64,000 nt of DNA from Scenedesmus sp. PABB004 (taxonomy: Eukaryota), in assembly GCA_014905635.1 (NCBI GenBank), contig JABVCE010000005.1:558001-622000 (forward strand). The letters are read 5' to 3'. Below are positions 1 through 12,822 of the stretch, piece after piece (position 1 is the stretch's first letter; each line of letters begins with the position of its first letter). A model generated the notes under the pieces. It was not told where the DNA came from. It worked only from the letters and a program-made list of their open reading frames with translations, and searched no databases. The position numbers and the translations under genes are program-made.

Positions 1-1671
1 CGCGGCGGCGCGCGCGCGTGAGCGGCTGCGGCGGCGCGGCGGCGCGGCGGCGCGGCGTCCGCCCCGTCCGTCTCCCCGTCCCTCCCCCCGCCTCCCGCGC
101 CGCGCGCCTCGTCGAGGTGGTTCTGCATCGGCGTCCCCGACAGCAGCACGCGGCGGCGCGTGGGCAGCGCGTCGAGCGCGCGGTTGGTGAGCGTGGCGTC
201 GTTCTTGAGGCGGTGCGCCTCATCAGCGATGAGCAGGTCCACCGCCGCGCCGGGCGTGGTCAGGCGCGCCGAGTGAAGGCGGAAGGTCTCGTAGCTGCGG
301 CGCGTGTGGGAGAGTGTCCGAGCGTGCAACGGGCGTGTGATGGGAGCAGAGGGGCGTCGCGGGCGAGCTCAGGCGCTGTCAGCAGGCACGCCGGCAGTCC
401 CCGACACCCCTGCGCCCCATGCGCCCTGCCCCGCAGCCACGCCGCACCTGATGATGAGGCAGTGATACGGCGCGCGCGGCGCGGTGAAGCGCGCGATGGC
501 GTCCAGCACGTCGTCGCGGCTGCTCTCGCACAGCGCCAGCGTCCTGCGGCGGCGGCGCGCGCGGCGGCGCGCCGGCTGGGCGGCGGCCACGCCGCCGGCG
601 GCGGGCGGCGGCGGCGCGCGCGCGGCGGCACAGGCGCGGCGGGTGCGCGCGCCTGCAGCGGCCCTTGAGCCACTTGTCGCACTCGGCGTCCCAGTTGCTC
701 ACGAGGCTGGTCGGGCAGACGATGATCGCGCGCCGTGCGAGCGGCGACCCGCCGAGCGCCGCGGCGCCCTGCGTGAGCAGCGTCCACATCAGCGAGATGC
801 CCTGCAGCGTCTGCGCGGCGCGGCGGGGCGGGGCGGAGACGGCGGGGCCGGGGCCGGGGGGCGTGGGCCGGCGGCACACCGTGCCGCGCGGCCGGACGCC
901 GCCGCCGCCGCCGAGCGCGGCCGCCGCCCTGGCGAGCGCCACTGCGGCGAGCGCCGCCCTGGCGCACCTTGCCCAGGCCCATGTCGTCCGCCAAGATGCA
1001 GCCTGCCGGCAGCGGCGGCGGCGGTGATGGTGTGGCGGCACGGCGGTGAGCGTGAGCTGTCTGGCGGCGCCGGCAGCTGCTGCTGCGCGGCCGGCGCCGC
1101 CGCGCGCTGACGCCGCCGCCGCACCCTGGCCGTTGGGGAGGCGCTGGCCGGTCACGCACTCAAACATGAACGCCACGCCCTCGCGCTGGTGGGGCCTCAG
1201 CCAGCGCGTGAGCATGGGGTCCACCACCACCGGCGCGTCGCCGTCGCCGGCGGCGGCGCCGCCCCCGTCAGCGGGGTCCCACAGCACCAGCGGCTCCACG
1301 CCCGGCGGCAGCGCGAGGTCCTCGGGCGCCGGCGCCGCCGCGGGCAGCTCCGGCGGCGCGACCGGGACGCGCACGGGCGCGAAGGGCTTGGTGGTGCCCC
1401 ACGCGACAAAGTGCTTGCGCGCGAGCAGCCGCCGCCGCAGCGCCTGCGGCCCGCGAGCGGCCGCGGGAACCGGGCGTCAGCCGCGGCACGGGCGCGCGGT
1501 TGCGCGCGCGGCCGGCGTGCGCGCTGCGCCGGGCGCGCGCCGCGCCGCTCACGTCGGACTGCGCCGGCGCGCCGGGCGCGGGCGAGCGGAACGCGCGGCG
1601 CAGCGTCTGCTCGCCCGCCGCGACGCTCAGGTAGCGCGACAGCACGGGCTTGCGCGTCACGTGCAGGCTGC

Positions 1672-1708
<37 letters not shown>

Positions 1709-1933
1709 GGTGAGCGAGCTGTCGGCGCAGCGGGCTCGCCGCGGCAGCAGCGCAGCAACGACGCACTCGTCTGCCAGCAGCGCACGGACGTTGCGCTCGC
1801 GCCGCGCCTCCAGCTGCTCCTGCGTGGCATGCTCCTCCTCCTCCTGCTCGTCCAGCTCCTTGGTCCGGCGCGTGGTCTGGTGCGGCCGCACGAGCTCCTC
1901 CGGCTCCAGCGCCGCCGCCGCGGACGCCGCCAT
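1..1933 (-). CDS. RAD54: RAD54-like SNF2-family DNA translocase (multi-exon, 3' part runs off the window)
   Basis: Spliced exons give [42 protein letters not shown] (Walker A), [31 protein letters not shown] (DEAH) and [19 protein letters not shown] at 1933 ([13 protein letters not shown]). Confidence 0.9.
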
Positions 1934-2275
1934 CTGCCGCTGCCGCCGACGCTCCCCCACCCGGCGCGGCCGTGCGCGGCCCGGCCCACCGAGCGCACTG
2001 AACGCCTCTCCTGGTTGCGCTGACGGCGCCCTGGGCACGGCCGGGCTTGGCAGCTGGCCGCCGGCACTCAAATACGCGGCCGCCGCTGCCCGCTCCTCCG
2101 CGCTCGCGGCACCGTCAATGCGCGCTGGGCGTTCGTGCGCGAGGTCACAAGCGGCACCCCGCCCCCGGGCGCGACCGCCGACCGCCCGCATTCCCGCGCC
2201 GCGCCGCGCGCCGCCGCTTCGACTCGCCGCCGCAACTCGCCGCCGCAACTGCGCCTCTCTCTTCCCCGGCCGCCC

Positions 2276-5200
2276 TCAGGTGCTGGTGGTGGTGATGGGC
2301 CGGAACTGGACCTTCAGCTCGATGCGCCCCGCCTCGCCGGGGCTGCCACGCGGCTGCGAGAGCCGCCACCACCCGTCGCGCCAGCCGCGGCTGCCGCGCT
2401 GCGCCCAGTCGAGCATCGCCTTGACCGGCAGCTCCACGCTGCCCAGCAGGTCGTCGGGCTTGAGGTAGTCGCGGTCCCACACCTGTGTTCAACCAGGGAG
2501 CGTGCGGCGCCCCGCGCGCGCGCGTGGGCGGCGGGCGGCGGCGCGCGCGCGCGGCCGTGCGCAGCGGCGCGCGCTGGGGCCGGCGCGGGCTGAGCCCCGC
2601 CCGCGCCTGCACGAGCAGCGCGTCGGTGGCGGTGACGTTGAAGAACTCGTGGTGGCTGTTCCACGTGGGCCGCCGGCTGTGCGGCACGACCGCCGTGGCC
2701 TGCTGCTGCCCCGCGGCCTGCGCACGCGCGCGGGCGGCGCCGGCGCGGCCGGCGGCGGCGCGGGCTCAGCGGGGCCCTCGCCGCCGCGCCGGCGGCCTTC
2801 CCCGGGCTGCTGTGCCCAGGCTGTCCCGGGCTGCCGCCGCGCCTTGAGTGTGACGTAGGGGTCGGAGCTGCCGCCGCTCCAGTCGCCCGGCCCGAGGTCC
2901 GCCGCCTGCCGCACGTCCACGAACAGCATCCCCTGCCGGGCGGCGCGGCGCGGCCTGAGCGCGGCGCGGGGCGCGGCAGCGCGCGGGCGCCCGCCTCCCG
3001 CGGCGGCAGCCGCCGCCGCGCCTGCACGCGATGGGCGCGGTGCTCGCGGCGGGCAGGTCGCGGAAGGGGCGGAAGGTGAGCGCGAGGCGCAGGCTGCCCG
3101 TGTCGTCCGCCTCGATTACGCCTAGCTCAAACGCCCACTCGCTGCCGCTCAGCCTGCGCGGCGCGGCGGGACGGTCAGCGGCGGTCAGCGGCGGTCGGCG
3201 GTGGTCGGCGGCGGTCGGAGGGGCAGGCGGCGCGGGCGGGCGGCGCGGCGCACCTGAGCTCCACCTCCTGCCGCTTGAACGGGTGCGCGCAGACGTCGCG
3301 CAGCGGCACCGCCGCGCGGCCGATGGGCTTGGCGCTGCGCAGCTGCGCGCGGGCGGCGGCGTGCGCAGCGCGGCGGCGCGCTGAGCTGGGAAGCCGGCGC
3401 CGCCGCCGTCCCTGCCGCCGCCACGCAGCGCCAGCCACGCACCAGGTTGGCGGCGCCCTTCAGCACGTTGACGCGCAGCAGCTCCTGGGGCCAGGCGGGC
3501 GGCAGCCAGCGGCGGGCGCGCGGCTCAGCTTCGTCCCGCCCCGCGTGGACTCGGCTCGGCCTGGCTCAGCTCGGCCCGGCCCGCTGGAGCTCCTGAGCTC
3601 ATCTGGGCTGGGCTCACCTTGACGTTGAGCATGTCCACGTCGCTCATGACCACGCGCAGCAGCTGGCTCTCCGGCTCCTGCACGAGCAGCTCCAGCGACT
3701 GCACGCGGCGCGCGGCGCGCGGCGCGCGGCGCGCGTCACACGCCGGGCCGGCCGCTCAGGGGCCCCGCGCGCCAGCTCCCACGCTGACGGCGGTGGCGGC
3801 GCCGCTCCCCGACCTGGCCGCGCCAGTTGGGGTTGCGCGTAGACTTTTTGACCGACGTGGAGACACGGTGCTGCGGCTGGGTCCACAGCTGCACCTGCAC
3901 GGCGGCGAGAGCCGGCCGCGCGTGCTGGGCCGCGCGGCGGGGCGTCGCCGGGCGGGGCGGGCGGGCCGCGAGCAGACACGCCACGCCGCGCCGCGGGGGA
4001 CGCGCCTGGGGGTCCACCGTCGACAGCATGCCGCCTTTCTTGGGCAACGCCCGCGCCGACAGTACCTCCACCTGCGACGGCGCGCGGCGGCCGCAGCGGC
4101 GGGCCCTCGGGCGCAGCCGCGGCCGCCGCCGGCAGCGGCCGCTGCGCGCGCGCCGCGCCGCGCGCGCCACGCGCCTCCAGCACGCCCACGCTGTGCAGGG
4201 CGAGGTCGTCCAGGTTGCCGGTCACGCTGCGGTCGAGCAGGGGCACCACAAACCTGGCGGCGGCGGCGCGGGCGGGGCGGCACACGCTCGCGCGTGCCGC
4301 GGCCGCGCTCGCCCCAGCGGCTGCGGCCGCCCGCGCGCCTGTTGGGCCAGACCACCAGGTTGGCGAGCGTGTCACGCAGGAAGGGGTCCAGGAAGGCGGC
4401 GACTGCGGCGGGGTGCGTTTGGGGTCCAGGGCGGGGCGGGGCGGCGGGCGGAGGGGGTTCAGGGCTCAGCGCCAGGGCTCGCGGGGGTGCAGGGCCCCTC
4501 GGGCGGCGCCCGCGCCGAGCACCGGGGCGGCTCGTGAAGCGGCCGCCCATGGCGGGGCCAAAGTCGAGCGTGAACTTGACCTGGCAACGCCGCGCCGCGC
4601 CGCGCGTGCGGGCGGTGTGTGGGGCGCCGCGCAGCGCAGCGCAGCGCGCGCGGCCGCGGCCGCGGCGCGCGGCGCGCAGCGCGCCCGACCTGGGGCGTGC
4701 GGGCAAGGCTGACCATGAGGGCGCCAAAGCCCGGCAGGTGGGGCGCGAGGCGCGTCAGCCCGATGCGCAGCGTGCCGCGAGAGGTCAAGTGCGACAGCCG
4801 CGGCACCATCCGCGTGTACGGCCTGGCGCCGGCGGATGCCGCGGATGCGGCGGCGCGCGCGGTGGGCGTGGCGGCGGCGGCAGGCGCGGCGCGCGCGCAG
4901 CCGGGCCGCGCTCACGACCGAGCTGGGCCAGGCCGCGTGCGCCGCGCACCCCGCGAGCGCGAGCTCAACGAAAAAGTGGATGTTGGGCTCGCCAACCCAG
5001 TGGTAGTCAACCTGCGCGCCGCGCGCCGGCCCGGCACGCGGAGCGAGTGAGCCCGGAGAGTCGAGCCGCGCGGGCCCCCCCGGGGGCAGGCCTGGCTGCC
5101 GCGTGCCCGCGCCCGCGCGTCCCGCACGGACCTCCAGCTCGATGCGGTCATGGCTCGCGGCGCTGTCGGCCGCGGCGGCCGCGGCGGCGCGGCCGACGGG

Positions 5201-6828
5201 CTGCGCGGCATCGCCCGCTGCGGCGCCTGGCGCGGGCGCGGGCGTCGGGGCGCGTCGGCCGCGCGCAGCGCGGGGACCGCGGGGCTGCGGCGGCCGCGCC
5301 GCGCACCCTGCATGCCGCCGCCGACCACGCGCAGGCCCTCCAGCTGCACCGGCAACTCGCCGAGGGTGAGCTTCTGCAGGGGCGCGCGCGCGCGCGCCGG
5401 CAGCTGCTGGGCCGTCGCGGCACGCCGACGCCCGCCCCGCCCTGCTCCGCCGCCCCCGCCCCCGCCCCGCGCCTGGAAGCCGAGCGCCGCGATAAAGGGA
5501 GGCTTCATGTCTAGGCGGCGGGCGGGCGCGACGCGGCGTCAGTGTGCACGCGCGGGCGGTCCGCGCGGCGCGGCACCGTGGCGGCAGCGGGCGCCCGCCC
5601 CGGGAGCGCACCCGCGAGCAGCGGCTCGATGGTGGTCTTGATGAGCTCGCAGGCGATCGGGTCGATCACGGGCCACGCCTGCGCTGGCGCGCGCGGCTGG
5701 GCGCCGCGCGCGGCCGGCTGCGCGCCCGGCCGATGGCGCGGCGCGCCACGCGGGGCTGGCCTGGGCGCCCCGCCGAGCCCCGCGCGCCTGCGCGAGCAGG
5801 GAGTTGAGCCAGTCGACGCGCTCCGTCGCGCCACCGAGCCCCGCGAGCCAGCTCGGCAGCGCGCCGAGCAGGCGGGTCAGCTCCGCGACGTCGACGGTGG
5901 GGCTGGCCAGCAGCGACGCGGCGTGCGCCTTGGCGCGCCTGCGTGCGCGGCGCGCGCGGCTGAGCGGCGCCTGGGCGAGCGCGGCGGCGGCGGCGATGCC
6001 GGCAGCTGGCCAACCCGCGCGCCCGCCAGCCACGCACCGGTTGGCACGGTACCAGGGCCCCAGCGCCGCGCGCAGCGGCGCCGCCGCCGCCACCAGCAGC
6101 CAGCAGAGCGCCAGCCACGCGGCGCGCAGCAGCCAGGCGGCGGCGGCGCCCGCCGCGCGCCGCGCCCACGCGCCCGTGGCCGCGCCGCTGCCGCGCAGCC
6201 GCGCGCCGGCTCCGGAGCCGGCGCCGGCGGGTCCGCCGGCGCGGCACGGCGGCGCGGGCTCGAGCGGGCGCGCCACCGCGGCCGGCGCGGCGCGGCGCCG
6301 CAGCTCGCCGCCCCGCCACGCCGGCTGGCCCGGCGCGCTCGCCGCGGCCTCGGCGCCGCTGCGCTGCCCGGCCGGCGCCGCCGGCGGCAGCGGCTCCATG
6401 CGCAGCACGGCGGCAGCGGCGCGCGGCGCTGCGGCGCGCGGTGCTGCGGCCGCGGCGCCGGCCGGCGCCGGCTCGGCCGCGCGCAGCGGCGCGTACAGGA
6501 CCTCGCGCGCCGGCGGCGGCACCGCCGTGGGGCCGGCGGACAGGCCCTGGCCGTACATCGAAAAGTCGTACGAGGAGAGCAGCTGCAGCGCCGCCTGCGC
6601 CTCCGCGCTCGCCGACGCGCTGCGCAGCACGAGCGGCAGCCCGCCGTCCGCGGCGCCGTCGCCTGCGGGCGGCGCCTGCGCCTGCCGCCGCGCCGCCAGG
6701 GCGTCCGCCATAGCGGCGATCTCGTCGCGGCGCGCGCCGGCCGGCGCGGCGGCGGCGGCGGCGCCAGCGGCGCCGCTCGCGTGCAGCGCGCGCGCCGCGG
6801 CGCGTGCCGCCTCCTCGCGAGGCTGCAT
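2276..6828 (-). CDS. Synaptotagmin-like / extended-synaptotagmin protein (TM + SMP + several C2 domains), multi-exon
   Basis: Hydrophobic segment WLLRAAWLALCWLLV. SMP-like ERVDWLNSLLAQ|AWPVID...LTLGELPVQLEG...W.GEPNI...FLRDTLANLVVWPN. C2 motifs GGSSDPYVTLK, RPTWN..HEFFNV and VWDRDYLKPDDLLGSVELP. Stop at 2276; start codon is the best guess. Confidence 0.82.
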
Positions 6829-7514
6829 GGCCGCGGGCGCGCGCGTGAGACGGCCCGGCCGCGTCTGGTGCGGCTGCGGGGCGCGGCGGCGACCGCGCGC
6901 GGCGCGGCGACAGCGTCGGCAGCGAGCGCGGCCGCTGGCCTCAGCACGCCCCTGCGCGCGCACTCGGAGCGCGGGTGGCGTCGGCAGTGCGCTGAGGAGT
7001 GCGGCAGCGGGCCGGCGGGGCGGCGGCGCCGCGTGCGCCGGGGCTCTGGCGACGACGAACGCGCCCGACAATCGACGACGGGCGTTCGGCGAAGCAGTCG
7101 CGGCGGTTACCGACGAGCCCGGGCAACGCTCTGCCCGGCGCTGCGCCGCGCGACACTCGCGCCGCGCGCGGCCGCGGGCACCCTCTTGCAGTGCCGCCGG
7201 CGGCGGCGCTCGCGCGCCGCCGCGGCCGTCCGAACCGAGCGGCGGGGACCGCACACACGCCAACCGCGCGCCGCCGCGCGCACGCAGCAGGACAAAAAAG
7301 GGCGGCCGCCCGGCGCCCCGCCGGCGCCCGCGCCGCCGCCCGCCCGTCGTCGCCGATCAGAGCCCCGCCCCCCGCTGCTGCTCGCTGCAGCGAAAGCAAG
7401 CCGCCCGCCCGCCGCCCCCGCGCTGCCGCCAGCTCCTGCCGCCTGCAGGCGCTGCGACGGCCGCTGCTGCCCCTGCTGCGCCGCGCCGCGTGCTGCCTGG
7501 GCCGCTGCCGGCGC

Positions 7515-8353
7515 TCAGCCGCGCAGCTGCGGGCGGGCGGCGGCGGGCGGCGGGGGTCAGGCGCGGCGGCGGCGGCCAGCGCGCGTGCGCGCGCGCGCCA
7601 ACCGCCAACAACAGCCGCGCGCGGCGCCTGCGCGGCGTCGGTCGCCGCGCCGCGGCCCGCGATCGGAGGCGCGCGCCGCCGTCGCTGCGCCCCGCGGCGC
7701 GCGCCGCGGCGGCGGCGCGCCGGGCCGGCCCGATCGCGCGCGCGCGGGCGGCGGTGGTGCGGCAGCAGCAGCAGCAGCGGCCGCTGTGCCCGTCTGGCGC
7801 CCGCGCCGCGCTGCCCGCCCCGCCGCGGCGCGCCGCCCGCCGCCCCGGACCGCCGCGGGGCCGCACCTTGCCGATGATGTGCAGCACGGTCACGAAGAGG
7901 ATGAAGCCTAGGCTCATCACGATAACCACCACCTGCGGCCGCCGGGCGCGCGCGCTGGGCCCCGCTGCGCCGCCGCGGCCGCGCGGGAGGCGCCCCGGCA
8001 CCTCCCACGGCGCCCCGGGCCGCACCGGCGGGATCTTGAGGCCCGGGCTGTCGTCGGTGTAGAAGCTCATCACGCTCTCCTTCAGCCTGCCGCCGCTGCC
8101 CGCCGCCCGGGCTGGCGGCCGGGCCGAGGGCGCAGACGGGCGTGAGCGGCGACACGGCGCGCGGAGCCGGGCCCCAGGGGCGCGCACGCCCTCGCTGGCT
8201 CGGCGAGAGCGGTGGCCATCTCCCTCCCGCTCGCCCCCGCGCCTCACCTGGCCGGCGCCGCAGCTGGCCGCCGCCCAGCGGCGCGCCCGTGGCGGTGCGC
8301 CCGCCGCGGGCCACTATGGAGCTCGCCTGCCCCGGCGCGGCGCCCTTCGCCAT
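7515..8353 (-). CDS. SEC61B: Sec61 translocon beta subunit (4 exons)
   Basis: MAKGAAPGQASS...LRRR | ...MSFYTDDSPGLKIPP | VVVIVMSLGFILFVTVLHIIGK | LRG*. The last exon follows a CTGAC branch point and CAG acceptor; stop at 7515-7517. Confidence 0.92.
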
Positions 8354-8645
8354 CTTGGCTGCTGTTTGCGGGCTCGCCGGTCGAGAGGGGCGGGCGCCTC
8401 GTGCGGAGGCGGGGGCGGGTGTGATCAGGTGCGCGCGAGAGTGCGGGCCGTCGGTTGGCGCCGTGAGAGCGGTCGCGCCGGCAGCAACGGAACAGTCGCG
8501 GAGCCCGCGGAGCCCGCCGACCGTCGCCGCTGCTCGGCCGCCGGGACCTTCGTTCGTTGCCAGGACCAGGGCGGCCGCCGGCCGCTCCGCCGCCGCGCCG
8601 CACGCCGCGCAGCACGCAGCGCACGCCGCGCGCCGCGCCAACCGA

Positions 8646-11600
8646 TCACGCGTACAGCCGATCAAACTCCTGTATCAGCGAGTTCACGTGCGCCAGCAGG
8701 TCGTCCAGCGGCGGCGCCGCCGCGCCCGCGCTGGGGCTGCCCGCGACCTTGGGCGCCGGCGGCGCGCACGTGCCGGCCGCGGCGCCCGCGCTGAAGCCGC
8801 GGCGCGCGGCGGGCGCAACGCCGGCCGCGGCCGCGTGCCGCGCGCCGTAGCCGGTGCCGGCGCCGGCGCCGCCGCTCGCGGGCCGCGGCGGCGCGCCGCC
8901 CGTGCCACCGCCGCCGCGCGCCGCGGGTCGGTGGAACGTGCTCGAACGAATCTCGACCTCGTACCCCTCCGGTGCATAGCCGGCAAACGCGCTGCTGCTG
9001 CTGCTGCTGCGCCGCGCCGGCACGCCCCCGGGTGGCGGCCGCGCGCCGCGGGGGGCCGGCGGCGCGCCCATCAGCCCCGCGCGCCGCTGCGCTGCCGCGA
9101 GCCCCGGCCCCGGCGCCGCCGCGGCGCCGCGGCGCTCGCGCGGCAGCGGCACAAACCTGCGCGGCGGGCGGCGGGGCGGCGGCGGGGCGGGGCGGGTCGA
9201 GCGCCGCTCGCGCGCGCGCGCCGCGCAGCCCGCCTCCCCTCGAGGAGTGCAGCAGCGGGCGGCAGGCGCGCACACCCACCGCTCATCGAGGCGGCTGTTG
9301 GTCTTGCTCTGCACGCCGGACCAGTCGAGCCGGCGCCCCGCAACCGCGCGCGTGCGGCGCTGCAGGAAGGGCTTCGCCCCGCCGCTGCCGCTGCCGCTGC
9401 CGCGCGCGTCGCGGTCGCTGCTGCCGGCGCTGCCGACGTCGCGCGGCGCGCCGCCGCACCGCTCCGCGCCGTCAGGCGTGGCGCAGCGCTCCTCGCCGGG
9501 CGGGCGGCCGCCCGCCGCGGCCGCGAGCCCCGAGCGCGCGAGCCGGCCCTGCCTGAGCTTGGCGAGCGCGGCGAGCTTGCCGGCGGCGCCGCCGGCCGCC
9601 GCGGCCGCCGTGTCGTGCGCGGGGCGGTCGGCGGTGTCGCTGCCGCGCCTGCCGCCGGGTGCGCCCGCGCCCTGCTGCTGCTGCTGCTGCTGCTGCTGGT
9701 CCAGCTCGCGCTGCCGCGCCAGCAGCATGGCGTAATAGGTGGTGCACGGCAGTTCGGCCTCGGGGCTCGGCGACGAGCGCTCGGCGGCGTCGGGGCTTGG
9801 CCAGCGCTCGCCGGCGGGGCTCGGCCAGCGCTCGGCGGCGGCGACGGCCTCGCCGCCCACGCCGTGCCCGAGGCAGAGCTCGCCGGGAGCCGCAGGCGCC
9901 CCGCCGCCGCTGGGAGCGCCGATGCTGCTGCGCCGGTGGAGGCGCAGCTGCTTGAGGTGCTGCACAGCGTGCGACGCACGCGCGCCGCCGCCCGCGCCGC
10001 CGGCACCGCCGCCGCTGCCCGCGCCGCCGCCGCTGCTCGCGACGGAGCCGCCCCAGCTGCGCAGGGGCGCCGGCGGCGCCGCCGCGCAGTGCTCCGCGCC
10101 GCCGTCAGGCTGAGCCCCCAGCTCGGCGGCGCCCGCAGCGTCCGTGGCCGCCGCATCCGCGGCCGCTGGCGGCGCCTCCACCTGCCACCGCTTGCTGCGC
10201 TGCTGCTGGTGCCAGGCGCGGCAGCGCTCGACCGCCGCCGCCGCGGGGCCGTCCAGCTGCGGCGTCGCCCCCGGCGTCGCCCCCGGCGCCGGCGGCCGCT
10301 CGGCGGCCTCGCCGGGGCTGCTGTCGCCGTTGCGGGCGCCCTGCAGCGCGCACGGCGGCTCAGCGTAGCGCCCAGCGTCGTAGTCGGCGGTGGCGGGCCG
10401 GCTGCTTGCCTGCAGCCTGCTGACGTCCTGCACCAGCTCCGGCAGGCCCGCCAGCTGCGTGTCCGCGCTGCTGCTCCGCCGCGAGAGCCGCGCGGCGTCC
10501 GCGAGCTCGGCCGCCGCCGCAAGCGCCGCGCGTGCCGCCTCGGCCGCCGCGCTGAGCGCCGCCGCCGCGGCCGCCTCCTGCGGCAGCGGGCTGGCCGCGC
10601 GTGGCGGCCCGCCGGCGGCGCCGCCCTCGCCGGCGAGCAGGTCGTGCATGCTCACGTCGCCCGGCGTCACCAGCGGGCCACCAGACGCCTCGGCCACGCA
10701 GCTGGCCTCCGACGAGGGCTCGGGCGGCGTGCCGGCGAGCTCCCACGCGGCCACGCGCGCGGCGGCCGACACCGCCACGCTCGCGCACGCGACGGCGAGC
10801 GCGGAGGCGCCGTCGCGGGCGGCGGCGCCGTCAGGGCTGCCCCAGGAGCTGGCCGCCAGCGCCAGGGCCACCGCGGCCAGCGTGGGCGCGTGCAGCGTGC
10901 TGCCGCACGACACGAGGTGCGGCGGGGGCGTGCCCTGCACCGCCGCCACGCCCACGCCGCCCACCGCGACGGCCGCGGCGCGCGCCAGTGCTGCGGGGTC
11001 CTCGCGCCGCTGCCAGCTGGGGCCCCCGCCGGCCCCGCGAGAGCCCGACACGCGCTGCCTGCTGCCGCGCGCAACGCGCTGCGCCGCCGGCGCGCGGTGC
11101 GCTGGCCTGGCCGGCGTGGTGTTGCCGTCTTCGGTGCCGTCCAGCAGCTGCATGGAGTGGCCCTCCACGACGACCTCGGCGCTGCCCTGGGCCGCCTCGG
11201 GCCCAAGGCAGCCGCCGCTGTCCCGCGCACCGGGCGGGCCGCCGGAGAGCCGCACGGAGGGGCGCTCGCGCTGCTCCGCCAGCAGCTGCTGCTGCAGGCG
11301 CGGCGACTCGGGCGGCGTCTCCGCCTCGCCCGGGCTGCTGCTGGCGCTCGCCGCCGCAGCAGGCCTCGCGGCGTTGCCAGCAGCACTTGGCGCCGCGCTA
11401 GCCGCGAGGCCGCCGCTGGACTCGAAGAACAGGCTGCTTCCGCCCGACGCCGCCGCGTCCACGCCCTGCCCGGGCTGCTGCGCCTGCTGCCAGCCCGGTG
11501 CGGCGGCCGCCCCGGGCGCCCACGTGGTCTCCGCGCCCAGCCGGCTGGCCGCCGCGGCGGCGCCGGGCAGCTGCGGGAGCGCCGCGTAGGACGCGGCGGG

Positions 11601-12787
11601 GCTGCCAAAGAGCACCAGGTCCTCCCCCGCGCCGTCGCCCTGCTCCGCCGCCAGCGGCAGCACCGCGCCCGCCTGCAGCATGCCCGGCGCCGAGGCGTGC
11701 ACGCCGCCGGCCGCGGGCCCGCCGCTGTCGGCGCGCGCAGCGTCGAGCGCGGGCAGCGGCTGGCTGCGCGCCTCCGGGCTGCCGCCGCCCGGGGCCAGCC
11801 GGCCGCCGAGCTGGTGAGACCGCTGCTCGCTCAGCCCGCCCCCCAGCTGGCCGTGGCTGCCGCCGCTGCTGCGGCTGTCGCGCGGGCTCGCGCCGGCGCC
11901 GGCGCTGGCGCCGCCGCCGCCGGTGCTGCTGCTGCGCCGCCGGCTGAGCAGGCCGAGCTGCTGCAGCGGCAGGTCGTCCAGCTGCTGGCCATGCGAGCCC
12001 GATGACGCGGCGGAGCCCAGCAGGCTGGACGCGCTGCGCATGCGCTGCGCCAGTGGCGATGCGCCCAGCGCCGCCGCCTGCTGCGCGCTCTGCTTGCTCA
12101 GCAGCGCCGCGCCCGGGTCGGAGAGCGCGCGCGGGCGGTCGCCGAGCGCGTCGGCGGCGCCCCCGCCGGCCGCGAGCGCCGCGAGCGCCGGCGGCGGCGG
12201 GCTGGTCGCGTCGTCCAGGGACGCGCCCACGTCCGCGTCCTCGAGCGCCGAGCCCTGGTTCACGATCTCGCTCGTGTCAGCGCCCACGATGCTGCACGCG
12301 CTCGTGCCCACGCTGCCCGCGCCGCCCCAGCGCCGTGCCGGCGGCGGCCGCGCCGGCGACGCGCCGCCCAGCGCCGACGCCTGTTGCCGCAGCGCCGCCT
12401 GGAGGCCCTGCAGCTGCGCCGAGTCGGACGACAGGCTGCTGCTCTCGGACGGCTCCGCCTCGACCTCCACCGCCCCGCCGCCGTCGGCAAAGGCGTTGCA
12501 CACCGCGGCGAGGCGGCTGCGCACGCTCGCGTCGGCGCGCCCGAGCGCCGCGCCGCTGCGCTCGCCCGTGAGGCGGCGCGCCAGGAGCGGGCTGTCGGCG
12601 CCCGACCGGCTCACCGCCGCGGCCGCCGCGTCGATCGCGCCCTCCACGGCGGCAAGCAGCTGCTGCGCCTCCGGCGCCAGCCCGCCGGCGCTCGACCGCG
12701 CCGAGCGCGGCGACGCGCCCAGCGGCTGCTCGTCAGGGGCGGCGCCGCTGGCGGCGCGGCTCGTGGCCCTGCTGCCGGCGGGCGCGC

Positions 12788-12822
<35 letters not shown>

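Noticed and set aside
8142..12005. 1287-aa + strand ORF and the many other long Arg/Ala/Pro-rich ORFs
   Set aside because: Shadow or antisense frames of real genes; stop codons are rare at this GC content and the translations show no domain-like composition.
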